The notes beneath the pieces are model-generated. The model did no database searches. It was not told where the DNA came from and saw nothing but the letters and a program-made list of their open reading frames with translations. The position numbers were made by a program, and so were the translations under genes. Positions 12,145 to 24,806 of a stretch of 64,000 nt of DNA are shown here, piece by piece. The stretch covers positions 143,530,001 to 143,594,000 of the forward strand of contig NC_059426.1 of assembly GCF_021028975.2 (NCBI RefSeq), given 5' to 3'. Every line of letters starts with the position of its first letter. The first letter of the stretch is position 1. The DNA is from Sphaerodactylus townsendi (Eukaryota).

Positions 12145-12260
12145 GGACTTTCACACATGCTGAATAATGCACTTACATTACATTTCATTATTTGCAAGTG
12201 GGTTTTGCCATTTCACACAGGACAATCCAGCGGCAAAGGGCATTGAAAGCGGATTGAAAC
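12145..12260. mobile_element. Harbinger MITE fragment (older relative of 31726/61053)
   Basis: gggactttcacacatgctgaataatgcac...tttgcaagtgggttttgccatt. Confidence 0.65.
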
Positions 12261-12288
12261 CCATCAGGTCTCAACTACAGCCTGGTTC

Positions 12289-13861
12289 CCAGAGGGGTCA
12301 AACAAGGCTGTACATTGGCCCCCACTTTGTTCAATATATTCCTTAGTGATCTAGTGCCAACCCTCCAGAAGGCCAATGGGCATGTTCCCAAACTAAGTGC
12401 TAAACACGCGTCTACAAGTTATTTTATGCTGACGAATACTACCGCTTCTTCTTCCTACACACTAAAGTTGGTCTCACTCGTCTCTTAAATTGCTGTGCTG
12501 AATATTGTAAGAGGAACGAACTGGTAATTAACTATGAAAAATCTCAAAATAATGGTCTTCGCCAGAAGACCCCTCAATGAAGGTCATACATGGACCATCA
12601 ATAACAGACCCATAGAACAAGTCAACCAGTTCAAATATTTGGGCATAACTCTTACCAGCAACCTTAATTGGGTGGCAAAGTAGTACATAGGAAATTAGCA
12701 CTCGCTGCAGCTAACAACAGTGCCCTAGCAATTCCAGCGTTTCTTTTCACTGTGGGCCACCAGTAGTATATACCATCCCAAGCATTGAAGGTGTTCAATG
12801 CTAAATGCGGCTCTCAGCTCCTCTATGGAGCACCAATTTGGATCGGAGCTATAAATAAAAATATAAACACAGCCCAGTCCCGTTTCTTCCATAAAATTAT
12901 GGGCTTACCAAATTGTGCTTCATATGCAGCCCTATGTTTAGAACTCGGCAAATATCATATGCCACGCATGGCCTGGCTGAGAACTGTCAGATACTGGCTA
13001 CGATCCACTCATTTGCAGGATCACTCCAGTTTGCTACACCTCATGCTTTCAGACTATGCAAATTCTAGGTGGCTGAAACTAGTTGAGGGAAAAATCAACA
13101 CTCTTGGCTTTCATTAGAGTTGTTAGTCCCTCTTCCCTATCAGAAGCATATAGCTGCTTGAAAAACTAAGCTATTAGAACAAGAGTATCGGGATATGATA
13201 ACAGCTGCAAGGAAACGTGTCTCCCTGACCCTGCTTATTCCAATTGAACAAGGACACATGGCCAATTATTTACATTGGAATCACCAACCCTAAATTAAGA
13301 AGAGCTTTAACACTGGCCAGATTCAATCTAATGCCTTCTATGCTGCTCTTATGGCAGATATCAACAAATTTGGATAAACAGAGGAGGCTATGTCCATGCA
13401 ATATGGGTCAGGTGGAGACACTCGATCATACCCTCTTTCATTGTGTAAGGTTTGCAAAATCAGAATGTCGCTAATCTGCACTTATCCCATTTCTGTATAA
13501 CAATCTGGCAACCGATGCTCTTAAGATACCTATGCTTTTGAACAACATGGATCCCACAGTGTGCGAATGTAGCAAAAATTTCTAAGCTAATGATAATAGA
13601 CGAAGTCTAGATGAATACCAATCAACGCCTATGTATTATGACCACATATAGCCAGCAGTAATTTTTCTAGCTTCTGTCAGCATCCGAGGACGTTTAAGTG
13701 AGTCAACTTAGCTGAAGGAATGTCCTATAGTTACAGAAGGACCATGTATATATTTTAGTATTTAGTATTTTAGTACCAGTGTCTATAATTGTGAGCAATA
13801 ATGGGCAAATTTTGTATGCTTATTTTGTATGTTTATTTTATGCCAATAAAGGCTTGTTACT
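12289..13861 (+). mobile_element. 5'-truncated RTE-X-like non-LTR retrotransposon, frameshifted, with 13-bp TSD
   Basis: RT motifs GVKQGCTLAPTLFNIFLSDL, YAD and FKYLGI. C-terminal RRALTLARFNLMPS...RLCPCNMGQVETLDHTLFHC (CCHC). 3' AATAAA plus a (TTAC) tail. TSD TACAGCCTGGTTC at 12276-12288 and 13862-13874. Confidence 0.9.
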
Positions 13862-13952
13862 TACAGCCTGGTTCTTACACAGGTTGCACCCTCACATCAT
13901 TGGATATCATGCTACAGTTGTGCTATAGCAATGGCTCTCAGCTAGATTGGAG

Positions 13953-14135
13953 TGGGGCCACGGCTCAGTGACACAGCATCTACTTTGCATGCAGGAGATT
14001 TCAGGTTCAGTCCCTGGCATGTACAGATAAAAGCATCATAGTGGTAGATGATGAAAATAATCCTCTGTTTGAATTCTGCACAGCTACTGCCTGTCAGCAA
14101 AGATAATATTGACCTTGGCAGAACAAGTATCTCAG
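13953..14135 (+). mobile_element. tRNA-derived SINE remnant
   Basis: ggggccacggctcagtg...tttgcatgcagg...ggttcagtccctggc head. Confidence 0.7.
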
Positions 14136-14324
14136 GGTCAAACCAGATGTGTCAGCATTCTTGTCTGCCACGAGGATGACACCAGAATTTTAAAGTGATT
14201 GAAAAGTGTTGTTAGGATCTGATACTGATTGACCCGCAGCACACCATTGGCTGAGGCGCTCTTGTTTCTCGCCCTGCCTATTTTACCACTCCCAGCTGTT
14301 TTGACCCTTGAAAATGTGCCTGGA

Positions 14325-14525
14325 AGGATGAGGAAGAAGGCTGAGAGAATTCTGAGAGAACTGTGACTAGCCCAGGGTCACCCAATAGGTGTCTTGTGAA
14401 GGAGCGGGGTGGGGGAAACAAACCCAGTTCACCAGATAAGAGTCCACAGCTCATGCGGAGGGGTGGGGGAATCAAACCTGGTTCTCCAGATCAGCGTTCA
14501 CTGCTCTTAACCATTACACCATGCT
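14325..14525 (-). mobile_element. Squam3-like SINE, partial
   Basis: gggaatcaaacctggttctccagat...ctcttaacca is the reverse complement of the head of the 4937 element. Confidence 0.8.
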
Positions 14526-14794
14526 ACGAAACTGGCTTCCCTATGGAATGTGTGAGGATTGGGCCACATCTAATTTGGCCCTGACTATAAGGAAGCTTCG
14601 TTTCTTTCCCACAAATTAAAATCCAGTTGTGAATGAATTTTATGGTCCAATGATAATCTAATGGCCAACAAAGCTGACTGAGCTGGCAATGGGAGGGGAC
14701 AGGAGGGTTGGAATGATTTGCATGCAGAGGGTTCAGCCTTTGACATCTTCCAATGAAGAATCTCAGGTAAGAGCCACTATCAGTCAGAGCAGAC

Positions 14795-14927
14795 CAGGGA
14801 TCTGCAACCTGCGGATCTCCAGATGTTCACGAACTACAATTCCCATCAGCCCCTGCCACCATAGCCAATCGGCTGATGTGCATTGAAGTCCATGAACATC
14901 TGGAGAGCCGCAGGTTGCAGACCCCTG
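14795..14927. mobile_element. Palindromic hAT (Charlie/Buster-type) MITE with central deletion
   Basis: CAGGGATCTGCAACC...GGTTGCAGACCCCTG. TSD GAGCAGAC/GAGTAGAC. Confidence 0.92.
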
Positions 14928-16795
14928 GAGTAGACAGCATTTTGTTAGGTAGACCAATGATTCGATGTGTTCAGGAACATCTGGCTCACAGCACTTCAAA
15001 TCTCAGTTGCGGGGGGGGGGGGGTCATATAACTGAATTCCTTTCCATACCCAACTCCCTTCCAAATCTGCTCATAGAAAAATAGATTTCAGGGAGAAAGT
15101 CTAGCTTAGCCTTCCACATGGCATGCTGACTTTCTACAAGAAATTATCCCCCGCCCCCCCAATGGAACTCCATTATATGAGTACCCACCTGCAATCTGAA
15201 GTGGCTCAGTCTCAGTGAGAATGTCTCGTAGGTCAGACACCGTCTGCGTCTTTGTGGCTGTGATCTGCCATGGCAACTGCATTAATCAGACAGATGGAAG
15301 TTAGCTGCTGCTACGAAAGACCACATTTTCCAAGCAGCCCACTTGAAAGCTTTTAGAATTCTTTCCATTTCCTCTTGTTTTTTAACAGAGTTCCCCACAC
15401 CCTCCAACTAAATCTGTATCCTTCTATTTTGTTTTTGCGCCTCCATTACTGTATTGAGACAGGAACAACGAAGTACCCAGCACTATGTCACGGGGAAGGA
15501 GGAGAGCAAAATCATGGCACAATAAGACCTTATGATTCCCCTGAGCTGGTTCAGGGTTTATTTACCAGGGTGTAATTTGCCCATTACCCACCTGGTCAGA
15601 GTTTACACATGGTAAACAATCCCTAAGGCCATCAGCAGCACATCAAAAGCACTTTCAATGTCACATTGTACATTGTGAGTTAACTACCAATGATATAGTT
15701 GTGGTTAGAAGTGAGAGGAAAATGGAGACTAGGCTGGCCTGATGTGATCCACGAAGGAAACTAACTCAGTCTCAAGAGCAGTAGGCTAAAAATGATAGGT
15801 GTATATACATAGGTGGGCAAATTTAGGGCAGAGATGCTTAACGCCCTCTGGTTTGGCCCCTCACATCTTATTTGAAAGTCATGAATGCAGAGCCAGTTTT
15901 GTGATGATCCGTTCAACTACTCACTAATCTGTTTGTGATCAGTTTGGCAGAATGCTCTGCTGTATTCCTTCCTACCCATGTGGTCCAGCAGAATCTTCTT
16001 TTTGCACGTGTGTGTTTTCACACAGCTCAGTTGCATTCTACTTCCCCGCCCTGGTCCTTGCTAAATGAGTGCTCCTCTCAGCAGGTAACTATTTAAATCA
16101 CAAATCAGTCATAAATAAATTGTTTGTTTTAATAAAAGCACACCCTTTCCTGTTGGTCTTGCTATAGCTGCCAGTTGCTTTGAAATGGCAGTGTTTTGGA
16201 GCATGTGCAGTTTTGCATCTACCCAGTATAAATCTGCTCAACAGGCATCCACAGCTGTTTGGCATGCACTAAACAGACTGGGCGATCGGCACGTGTCTGA
16301 TTGATATCTTCAGAAACAGTAAGTTCAACCAGTGAACACATTCATCATGAAGTTCACAGCCTCCCTGATTTGGAGCCAGTGTATAGTATGCGAGTGCACA
16401 TCTAGTAGACCCTGACTGTCAATAGAACCACGCAGCTTTGCTCCTCAGGGGCCTTTTACATGATTCCAAGCAGAAAGTGGAACCAGACATGAGATGCAAT
16501 GTGGCTTTTATGGAGTGGGCTTTTCCAGACAGAAAATTCTTCTACCCTGGTGGCAGCACTGCTGCCGTCCAGCACCAGCTTGTGTTGAAGGTTGCCCTTC
16601 TTGTTAACAACTGTTCCCCTGCAACAGAGGCACATGATATATATTAATATACAAGCTGTCAAATCACGACTGACTTATGGTGACCCCATCCAGGGTCTTT
16701 CGAGGTAGGGGAGAAGCAGAGGTGGTTTGCCATTGATTCTCTCTCTTGGTTCCCCCATCTTTGCTTAGCTCCTGAGAACTGTGATTGGGCTAGAT

Positions 16796-16943
16796 CAGGG
16801 GTAGGGAACCTGCGGCTCTCCAGATGTTCAGGAACTACAATTCCCATCAGCCCCTACCAGCATGGCCAATTGGCCATGCTGATAGGGGCTGATGGGAATT
16901 GTAGTTCCTGAACATCTGGAGAGCCGCAGGTTCCCTACCCCTG
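16796..16943. mobile_element. Full-length 148-bp palindromic hAT MITE
   Basis: Near-perfect palindrome (1 mismatch) centred on GGCCAATTGGCC. Perfect TSD GGCTAGAT at 16788-16795 and 16944-16951. Confidence 0.96.
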
Positions 16944-18054
16944 GGCTAGATCATACCATTCCATATCCACACAGCATGAGCTGTCCTAAGCAAAGTTACC
17001 AGAGCTGTCCTAAGCAAAGTTACATCCTCTGATGTCTATTGGAGTGGATGGGTTTTAGAACAGTGTCACTCTTCTTAGGATTGCCCCGACAGCCTCCTTC
17101 CCTCTATGGTTCACTCAAACCAGCTGTGAGCAATAATCCATAGTAAAGTGCCTGATAGATGGCTGGGAGAACCAAGAATACAGGCATGTTCCAGGAAGGC
17201 TTGGGCTTTTAAACAGAAAGAGCAAGGAAAAGAAGTTTCCAGCGCTTCAGGCAATTTCTGACAAGGAGGGATTGTGGGGAGATGTGTCTGGCTTATGTGT
17301 GTGAATACACATGTGTTTGCAATTGGGCATGCAATGTGGAAGGCGAAAAGTTGGTTGATCCCTCATCTGTTATTTGTGCAGTTTTATTGCTCCATCCTCT
17401 GAAATACCATCAGCTGTGAGGCTGAAGGGATCACAAGTCTGATCCATTACAACCATTTTTGGATTCCAGGGCCTTGTGTTCCTTTGAAATGGGGAGGGGA
17501 CCCAACTCCACGAATGTGTGTACCATATGGATGCTAGCACTGATGAAGTGGGAGCACTGATACTTGGACTGGGCCCCAGCTAACTTGGCCAGAGTTTCAA
17601 ATAACGCAGAAATATAGAAGAGATCTGGGTGTCATGTTGCAGAAATCAACTTCTAATTTTAGGAACAAACAGAGTTTCAGAAAAGGCCATACAGTAAAGC
17701 TTGCAAGTTATAAATAAGGCAGCCTGTTTCAGCATTGCAATGTGAGGACAACATTGCTATGGTTGCATAATAATCTTTCAGGGGTCTTCTGCTCATTCTG
17801 GATCTGAAATCGGCTCTTTTTGTATCCTGGGCAAGTCACCGCGTTTAATACCCCAGTATTGTTTTCCAGTATTTTTTTAAAAAAATAGTCAGCATAGTTG
17901 TGTGCCTGCGCCATCTTACCTGATCTCTCTCCATGGTACCCACCATGGTATCCACTGATCTCTGTCCATGGTACTCTCCATGGTACCCACCATTTGGGGC
18001 ATTGCTACTGCTCCATTTTGTTTATCAGCCAACATGGTTAGTAGCTAGATAGAC

Positions 18055-18201
18055 CAAGGGTCTGCAACCTGTGGCTCTCCAGATGTTCATGGACTACAAT
18101 TCCCATCAGCCCCTGCCAGCATGGCAATTGGCCATGCTGGCAGGGGCTGATGGGAATTGTAGTCCATGAACATCTGGAGAGCTGCAGGTTGCAGACCCCT
18201 G
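18055..18201. mobile_element. Palindromic hAT MITE inserted in a SINE head
   Basis: Same family as 16796. TSD AGATAGAC/AGCTAGAC. The SINE continues at 18210-18370. Confidence 0.93.
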
Positions 18202-20290
18202 AGCTAGACTGTTGGACTAGAATCCGGGAGAGTCTCCAGTCTGCTATGGAAGCTTGCTGGGTGACCTTGGGCCAGTCCCACACTCTCCAGACTAACCTAC
18301 CTCTCTCCTAGTTGTTGGGAGAATAAATGGAAGGAGGGGAGAACAATTTGGCAAGCCACTTTGGGCTGCAAATACATTCTTTTATGATATAATTTCTTTT
18401 GCTCCAATATACAACTGACCTCTAAGTAACATCCAGCCGGCCAGCAAAACCCAAAAAGATGTTGCATGCCAAGGTGAACGTATCAAGGCAACCTTACAAA
18501 GATTGAAGGACTAAAAGGGGGAAAAGTTTGCAAGGACAAATGTGACTAATATACCCAACGCTACAGCATATTTGGGTCATCTTATTGATGCTAATGTTCT
18601 TTGCAAGACAACAGGAAAGGTCAAAGCCATAACAGGTATTTCTGAGAGTGTATAAATCAGATGTGTCTTTCACTGTAGGTGACTCATTCCTTCTTTGGCT
18701 TCAGTCCTAAAGCCTCTCCATATTTTAAGTCAAATAAACTTTTGAATGTAAGCAAAAGAGGAAACATTTTTGAAAGCCACATAAATTTGGAGTTAGTGGG
18801 CTCTGAGAATTTGGCTTGCCCTTAACATTGCAAGGAGCATGAAGTACTTGCATTCCTCTTCTTCCTGCTAGGAGCACCTCCATGTTGCCAGCACTCAATG
18901 CCAAGCTGTGTTTCCTTTGCTTTGTAAAATATAGGACACTTCCAAAACATGTAAATGCCTGCATTTTGCAAACCTGGTACATTGAAACAATTTTGGGGAT
19001 CACAAGCAGGTGTTGTGGCATTTTGCATTTTGAACATTGCATCATGATTAATAATAACAGAAAATATCAGTACACATTATGTAAAATGGCCAGTTTTGTA
19101 ACAATCTACTCATTTTGTGTGCTTTTTAGTTTGTTTTCCAGAACTGGAGGTTTTTCATTCCATTTCTTGCAGGCCAGGGAGGGCTGGAATGTGGAACTTT
19201 TCAGGACTTTGTTGCTATGTGTCATCCAGACAGAAAGAATGGAGAAAAAACAGGGCAGGACTGAACTGAGGTGACTTTAGGGACATTTGGAAGAAGCCCC
19301 AGATTGCTTCTCCTGCCAGGCCTGACTGCCCACAAGAAGGCTTGTTCTACAACCTGAGGACTATAAACTTACTTTTTATAATAAAAAGTAAAGGTGAGGA
19401 ATTCAATAGGGAGGTTAAAACGTTTTAACAAAAATTAAACACAGCTGCAGTTACTAAGGCTTCTACAGTCATGTGGAGACTTACCTGTGAGCAATTCTCA
19501 TTGAAGTCGATGAGATTTACTTCTGAGCAGACCTGCTTAGGCTTACCTTCTAGGTAAAGCTGCAAGAGAGGATTGGAGCTGAGACAGAGAAGCAGCAATA
19601 CCAATTTTCTAGCTTCCCCAAAGATTGGTTTTTGTCTGTTGTGTCCTTTGCTCATTGCATGTCTTTCTCTGTCTTCTGGGAATGGATCAAGGATGTTTTT
19701 TATTTCAGGACACACCACAGCCAAACAGCGGAGGAAACAGTTCAAGGATGTAGTCAAAACCGGCTCCTGGAAAACATGGAGAGATTATTAACGACTCCCA
19801 TGCAAATTGAAAAGAGACAATGGTGATGCGGAAGGGCACATTCTAAAAGGACAAAGGTTAGATGTTTTAGCAGCTGGGTAGAGATCATCCAGTTTAAGGA
19901 AAGACCCTCGGATCTGGAACATGGTTTGCAGGCTTGGTGACTTCCCCAGTGCAGAATATCTACAGTTGGGACAGAATGGCAGGTATCCAACCAATGTGTA
20001 CATTAGGCAGAGTAGGACTTTCATCATGTTTCTGCTACAGCCCCCTGAGCCCCCTGAAAATGTGGTCCTGAGACTCAGGGAATTGCTTAACCCTCCACAA
20101 ACAGAAAATAGTGTCTTGGTTGGCTCAGTGACTGAATTCTTTTCAGCAACAGAAGAATACTTATTTATTTAGACATCTATACCCCCACTTTTTTCCCTTA
20201 GGCCAAGAATCTTTCAGTCAACGTCTCTGGCCATTCCTAGGCTAAATTCTTGTGATCATCTTCCTCAGCTGGCAAAAGGATTTTCCCTAC

Positions 20291-20580
20291 TGGTTGTGGT
20301 GGGTTTTCCGGGCTGTGTGGCCATGGTCTGGTGGATCTTGTTCCTAACATTTCGCCTGCATTTGTGGCTGGCATCTTCAGAGGTGTATCACTGAGGGAAA
20401 TCTGTTACACACTGTGTCCTTCTTCCTTCTGTGATACACCTTTGTGATACACCTCTGAAGATGCCAGCCACAGATGCAGGCAAAACGTTAGGAACAAGAT
20501 CCACCAGACCACGGCCACACAGCCCGGAAAACCCACCACAACCAGTTGAATCCAGCCGTGAAAGCCTTCGACAATATGTT
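20291..20580. mobile_element. Penelope-like mini-element: inverted pseudo-LTR arms, two decayed hammerhead cores, 12-bp TSD
   Basis: 20290-20391 is an inverted copy of 20444-20545. The 3' end is gccgtgaaagccttcgacaata. Cores read CTGAAGA...(G/A)AAA. TSD GATTTTCCCTAC at 20279-20290 and 20581-20592. Confidence 0.9.
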
Positions 20581-21706
20581 GATTTTCCCTACCTTCCTCT
20601 CCTGCTACAAAAGCTTTTGACCACCCTCAGGTTAAATGCCAGTAGGTGGCCTTCTTCTCCTGTTGTTTCAGCAGGTGAAGTGTTTGCTGACATGCAGATG
20701 ACTGTCCGGGAAAGGTTTCAACTATTACATTTCTCCTCAGAGTGCTGGAAAAAGCCCTGCAGCCCTGCCAGAAATATGGTTGGCTAGCCCCACAACATTT
20801 TTATGTTAACAGTTGTGATCATGTACATCTGATCTTTATGGGTCCCAACCCCAGGGACACTCATGAAGAATTCATAAAGCCTGGGAAGGGTAGAGTGAAT
20901 ATAATGCCATGTAGCTCATTCTCCAAAGAAACTATTTGCTCCAGAGAAACTGATCTCCGCAGTCTGGTTCTCATTTGGACTTCTGGGAGATCTCCAGGCC
21001 CCAGGTGGATGCTGACAATCCTAGATCTTAGAGAAGACACTGGATCCCACACACCCTCACAATGGTCATTCCAAATGTGTAACCTGCATTCTTTCCACCC
21101 ATTTTACAGCTGTTCGTCCCTGAATGGAATCCTGTATACAGCACTGTTTCCTCAGAGGCCTGATTTAAATGTGTCACCAGTGAAGCAAGGCAGTTTCCCC
21201 ATGTAACTTTCTGCAGGCTCGAGGCAGGAATTCCTGCCTCCAGGTGGGACCTGGGGATACCTCAGAATTACAGCTCATTTCCAGACGTCAGAAATTAGTT
21301 GCCCTGGAGGAAATGGGCACTTTGGAGGGTGGACTCTAGGACATTGTACCCCCTCTGAGGCCCCTGTTCTCCCCAGGCTCCAGCCCCAAATCTTTAGGAG
21401 CTTCCCAACCTAAATCTGGCAACTCATCCCCTGCTGGAAGCCAGAGGAGACCTGGCATCCTTAGCTCAAGGCCTTATTTCCTAGAGGTCAAATCACCTTG
21501 GCAGGCATTGTGCCAGCACACTCACTAAGTAGGCACTACTGCTTTTCATGAGTCCCAGGACACCTTACAGGAGACCACACAAACATGTTGTCTTCAAGGA
21601 GCACTTTCGCCTCATCAGCCTCATATTTAAATCAGGGGGCAGGGGGAGTGAGGGAATGAATGAAGAGTGACCAAAAAGGAGGGAAAATATTTTAAAACTA
21701 CAATGC

Positions 21707-21904
21707 AAGCTTGCCAATTCCAGGTTGGGAAATAGCTGGAGGTTTATAAGGTGGAGACTTGCGAAGGAGCTCAACAGGATAGAATGCCATACAGTCCACA
21801 CCCCAAAGCAACCATTGGCCTCCAGAGGAACTGATCCCGGTAGTCAGGAGAGCACTTGGGATGCTGGGAAATCTCCAGGCTCTACCTGGATGCTGGCAAC
21901 CCTC
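21707..21904. mobile_element. hAT Blackjack-like MITE (TAGGGTTGCCA termini family)
   Basis: cttgccaa...tggcaaccct termini. Related copies at ~20930, 21230-21462, 33752-33952, 39040-39447 and 50455-50550. Confidence 0.75.
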
Positions 21905-22270
21905 ACCCCCATGTAGAGGTAAGTGAGTGTTGAACTCAGACAGGTTATTCCTGTTTATGACAAGAATGGAATAAAGAAGTGGATCAAATAACACCTACCA
22001 TTGAGAAGGTTGAGCGTGAGGTATGGTCTTCTCTGTCCTGCAATAACAAGGAGCTGTTCAATTAAAGGGAAAGATGGTAATGCTAAAAGACTTCCCCGGC
22101 CTTCCAGGGTTCATCCTCATTCAGAATGTGACAGGCTTCAAAGCCACTGTGTAGAGATGCAGAAACAACGAAACAGCATCAAGAATAGACAGTTCAGTAC
22201 AAACTCTTTTTGCCCTCTTAGACCCAGAGAAAACTCACTTGATGTACTTATTATTTATTTCATTTATATC

Positions 22271-22483
22271 TAGGATTGCCAACCTCCAGGTGACGGCTGG
22301 AGATCTCTCCCTTTTAAATCTCTAGGCAACACGTATCATTTCAGCTGGAGAAAATGGCTGCTTTGGAAGTAGACTCAGTGGAATTCTGCTGAACTGAAGC
22401 TCCTCCCTTCTTCAAGCCCCGCCCTCCCCAGGCTCCATCCCCAAAATCTCAAGATATTTCCCAACTCAGAATTGACAACCCTG
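22271..22483. mobile_element. hAT Blackjack-like MITE with perfect TSD
   Basis: TAGGATTGCCAA...TTGACAACCCTG. TSD TTTATATC at 22263-22270 and 22484-22491. Confidence 0.88.
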
Positions 22484-22576
22484 TTTATATCCCCCCTTTC
22501 TCACCAATGGGGACTCAAGGAGGTTTACATTGCTGTGCTATATTTTATCCTCACAACAACCTTGTGAGGTATTTTA

Positions 22577-22905
22577 GAAGAAGAAGAAGAGGAAGAGGAA
22601 GAGGAAGAGGAAGAAGAGGAGGAGTAGGAGTTTGGATTTATACCCCACCTTCCTCTCCTGTAAGGAGTCTCAAGATGGCTTACAAGCTCCTTTTCCTTCC
22701 TCTCCCCACAACAGACACCTTGTGAGGTAGGTGGGACTGAGAGAGTTCTGAAGAACTGAAACTAGTCCAAAGTCACCCAGCAGGAATGTAGGAGTGCAGA
22801 AACACTTCTGGTTCACCTGATAAGCCTCAGCCACTTAGGTGGAGGAGTGGGGAATCAAACCTGGTTCTCCAGAATAGAATCTACCTGCTCTTCACCACCA
22901 CACCA
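22577..22905 (-). mobile_element. Squam3-like SINE with (GAAGAG)n tail
   Basis: Reverse complement of the 4937-type element. Purine microsatellite tail at 22577-22625. Confidence 0.88.
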
Positions 22906-22974
22906 CACTATGTATTTCTAGTCCAGCAGCTTGTTTCATACAGTGGTCATGCAATTATCTTGGATTACTAAAGG

Positions 22975-23125
22975 CCTTCTCCTGATGTTGCCTCTGCACA
23001 TGAAACTGTCATGTAGTCATCATGGTTGGTAACCATTAGTGAAAACTCCTCCATGAATTTGTCTAATCCCCTTTTAAAGCCACTTATTCTTGTTGCCATG
23101 GTTACATCTACTGGCAGTGACCACT
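22975..23125 (-). mobile_element. CR1 LINE 3'-end fragment
   Basis: Minus frame W.SLPVDVTMAT.ISGFKRGLDKFME, a typical CR1 ORF2 C-terminus. Confidence 0.8.
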
Positions 23126-23273
23126 GCCATTCTTTATTTTGAGCGCTATATAACAAGAAGGCAAAGGCTAGCTGAGACCCCTAACGTTGCATAAAGATTT
23201 GACCATGAGAAACAAAACTCAAATCCTGAAACTTTAGGTCAAGTTGCTGAAGACTCCTTCCACTTCACCTAAA

Positions 23274-23510
23274 GCAGTGTAGTGGTTAAGAGCAGGTACA
23301 CTCTAATCTGGAGAACTGGATTTGATTCCCCATTCCTCCACATGAACAGCAGACTCTAATCTGGTGAACCATTTGTTTCCCCATTCTTTCACCTGAAGCC
23401 TGCTGGGTGACCTTGGGCCAGTCAGTTCTCTCAGACCTCTCTCAACCCCACCCACCTCACAAAAGGTGTCTGTTGTGGAAGGGAAGGAGTTTGTATGCCA
23501 CTTTGAGACA
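23274..23510 (+). mobile_element. Squam3-like SINE with duplicated head segment
   Basis: gtagtggttaagagcagg; ctctaatctgg...tccccattc occurs twice; gctgggtgaccttgggc. Confidence 0.85.
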
Positions 23511-24806
23511 TGGTAGAGAAGAGGGGGGGGGGGGTTCCAAACTCTTCTACTTCCAGTTGCAAGCAACACTTAATAGTTGCAAGCAACTGTTAGAAGCATT
23601 ACAGCCACCAGAGAGCACTCTCTTCTCACAAATACCAATACAGCATTAAGCCAAGAATGCAGTCAAAGGAAAAAAAGACTCTCCCAGCCAAAAAAACCCA
23701 CACACACCTTAGACAACCTTTGCTCTCTCAGAAAAAATTTTCTTAAGCCTCTAGAAATTCAGCCAGACAAACAGCTTGTGAGCCAAAGAAAGAGCTCAAA
23801 TCCTTCTTCACCCCCTCCACCCAGTCTGCCCACAAGAAGGAGCATGATCTACAAGTCTAGGCTTGAACACAAACGACTATCTTCCTTTGACCAAGAAGGA
23901 GGCTTGCAGACACACACCACAATCCTCTAAGGGATCTCCAGGCACCACAATCCCTAATGTTCTATTGTTTTAACACTGCAGTAGAAGAGAAACACATTTC
24001 ACTCTGGAAGGGCTGGAGACAGACGTAAACAGAGCCACAGCTCTGATGTTTGAACCCTTCATGTCCTTTTCCGTTAAGTGGAACATACTTGTGCCACTTC
24101 CAAGCTGACTTGTAATTCTTTCCTTTAGGCTGCAGGACAATGCTTCTGTCCCCTCCCTCCTCCTCATTCAAAGCCCTGCTGCTTATCGTAGGAGCCAAAA
24201 CAGTGAAACAGGAGAACGTTGCTGTCCCCAGTTGCTCTACAGCAATTGCTGGAGGGATCAGATATCTAGGAAATGTGGGGCTTGTAGTGGTGGTAGGGTT
24301 AGAATAACACAACTTGAAGACTTTTTTGTATATGTGATATTGAAAGATTCAGAAGCTGTATGGAATGGTGTTCTTAACGGTCTGTCTTATGGCTAGACAA
24401 CATACTGGGTTATTTTGTTTTTGTTTTCTTGTCTGCTTTTACACTGGTCTGGTTAGTTGCACAATCCCAACCAACTGAAGCCCCCAACTGAAGCAAGTGA
24501 CAGGGTGTATGTGAGGGAGATAGACAGACTATGCTCACTGTGAGTCTCAGATTACTATGCTTCTAGACCTCATGACTTCAGTGAAAAAAAAAGATAAACA
24601 TGTAACTGCAACACTATGAAATCAAGGGGACTTTGGCATTAGGTTAGGCTATGTTCCTGTCTCGTGCCACAAGGTGTCTTGACAGCAAAGAAGATTCCAG
24701 GTGAACTTCCTGAAATAAGAGCTCAGACAGACAGGATTGCTGAGCTGAGTGGAGCTGGTGCAGGGACCCATATCCAGAGGGATGCCTTTAGATACATGGG
24801 CCTCAG

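Noticed and set aside
12785-13474. Functional RT gene or domesticated protein
   Set aside because: 5'-truncated with multiple frameshifts and stops.
19140-19830. Possible plus-strand exons with decent acceptors (19141, 19709)
   Set aside because: No coherent frame or recognisable product. They could be lncRNA exons, but this is unsupported without RNA data.
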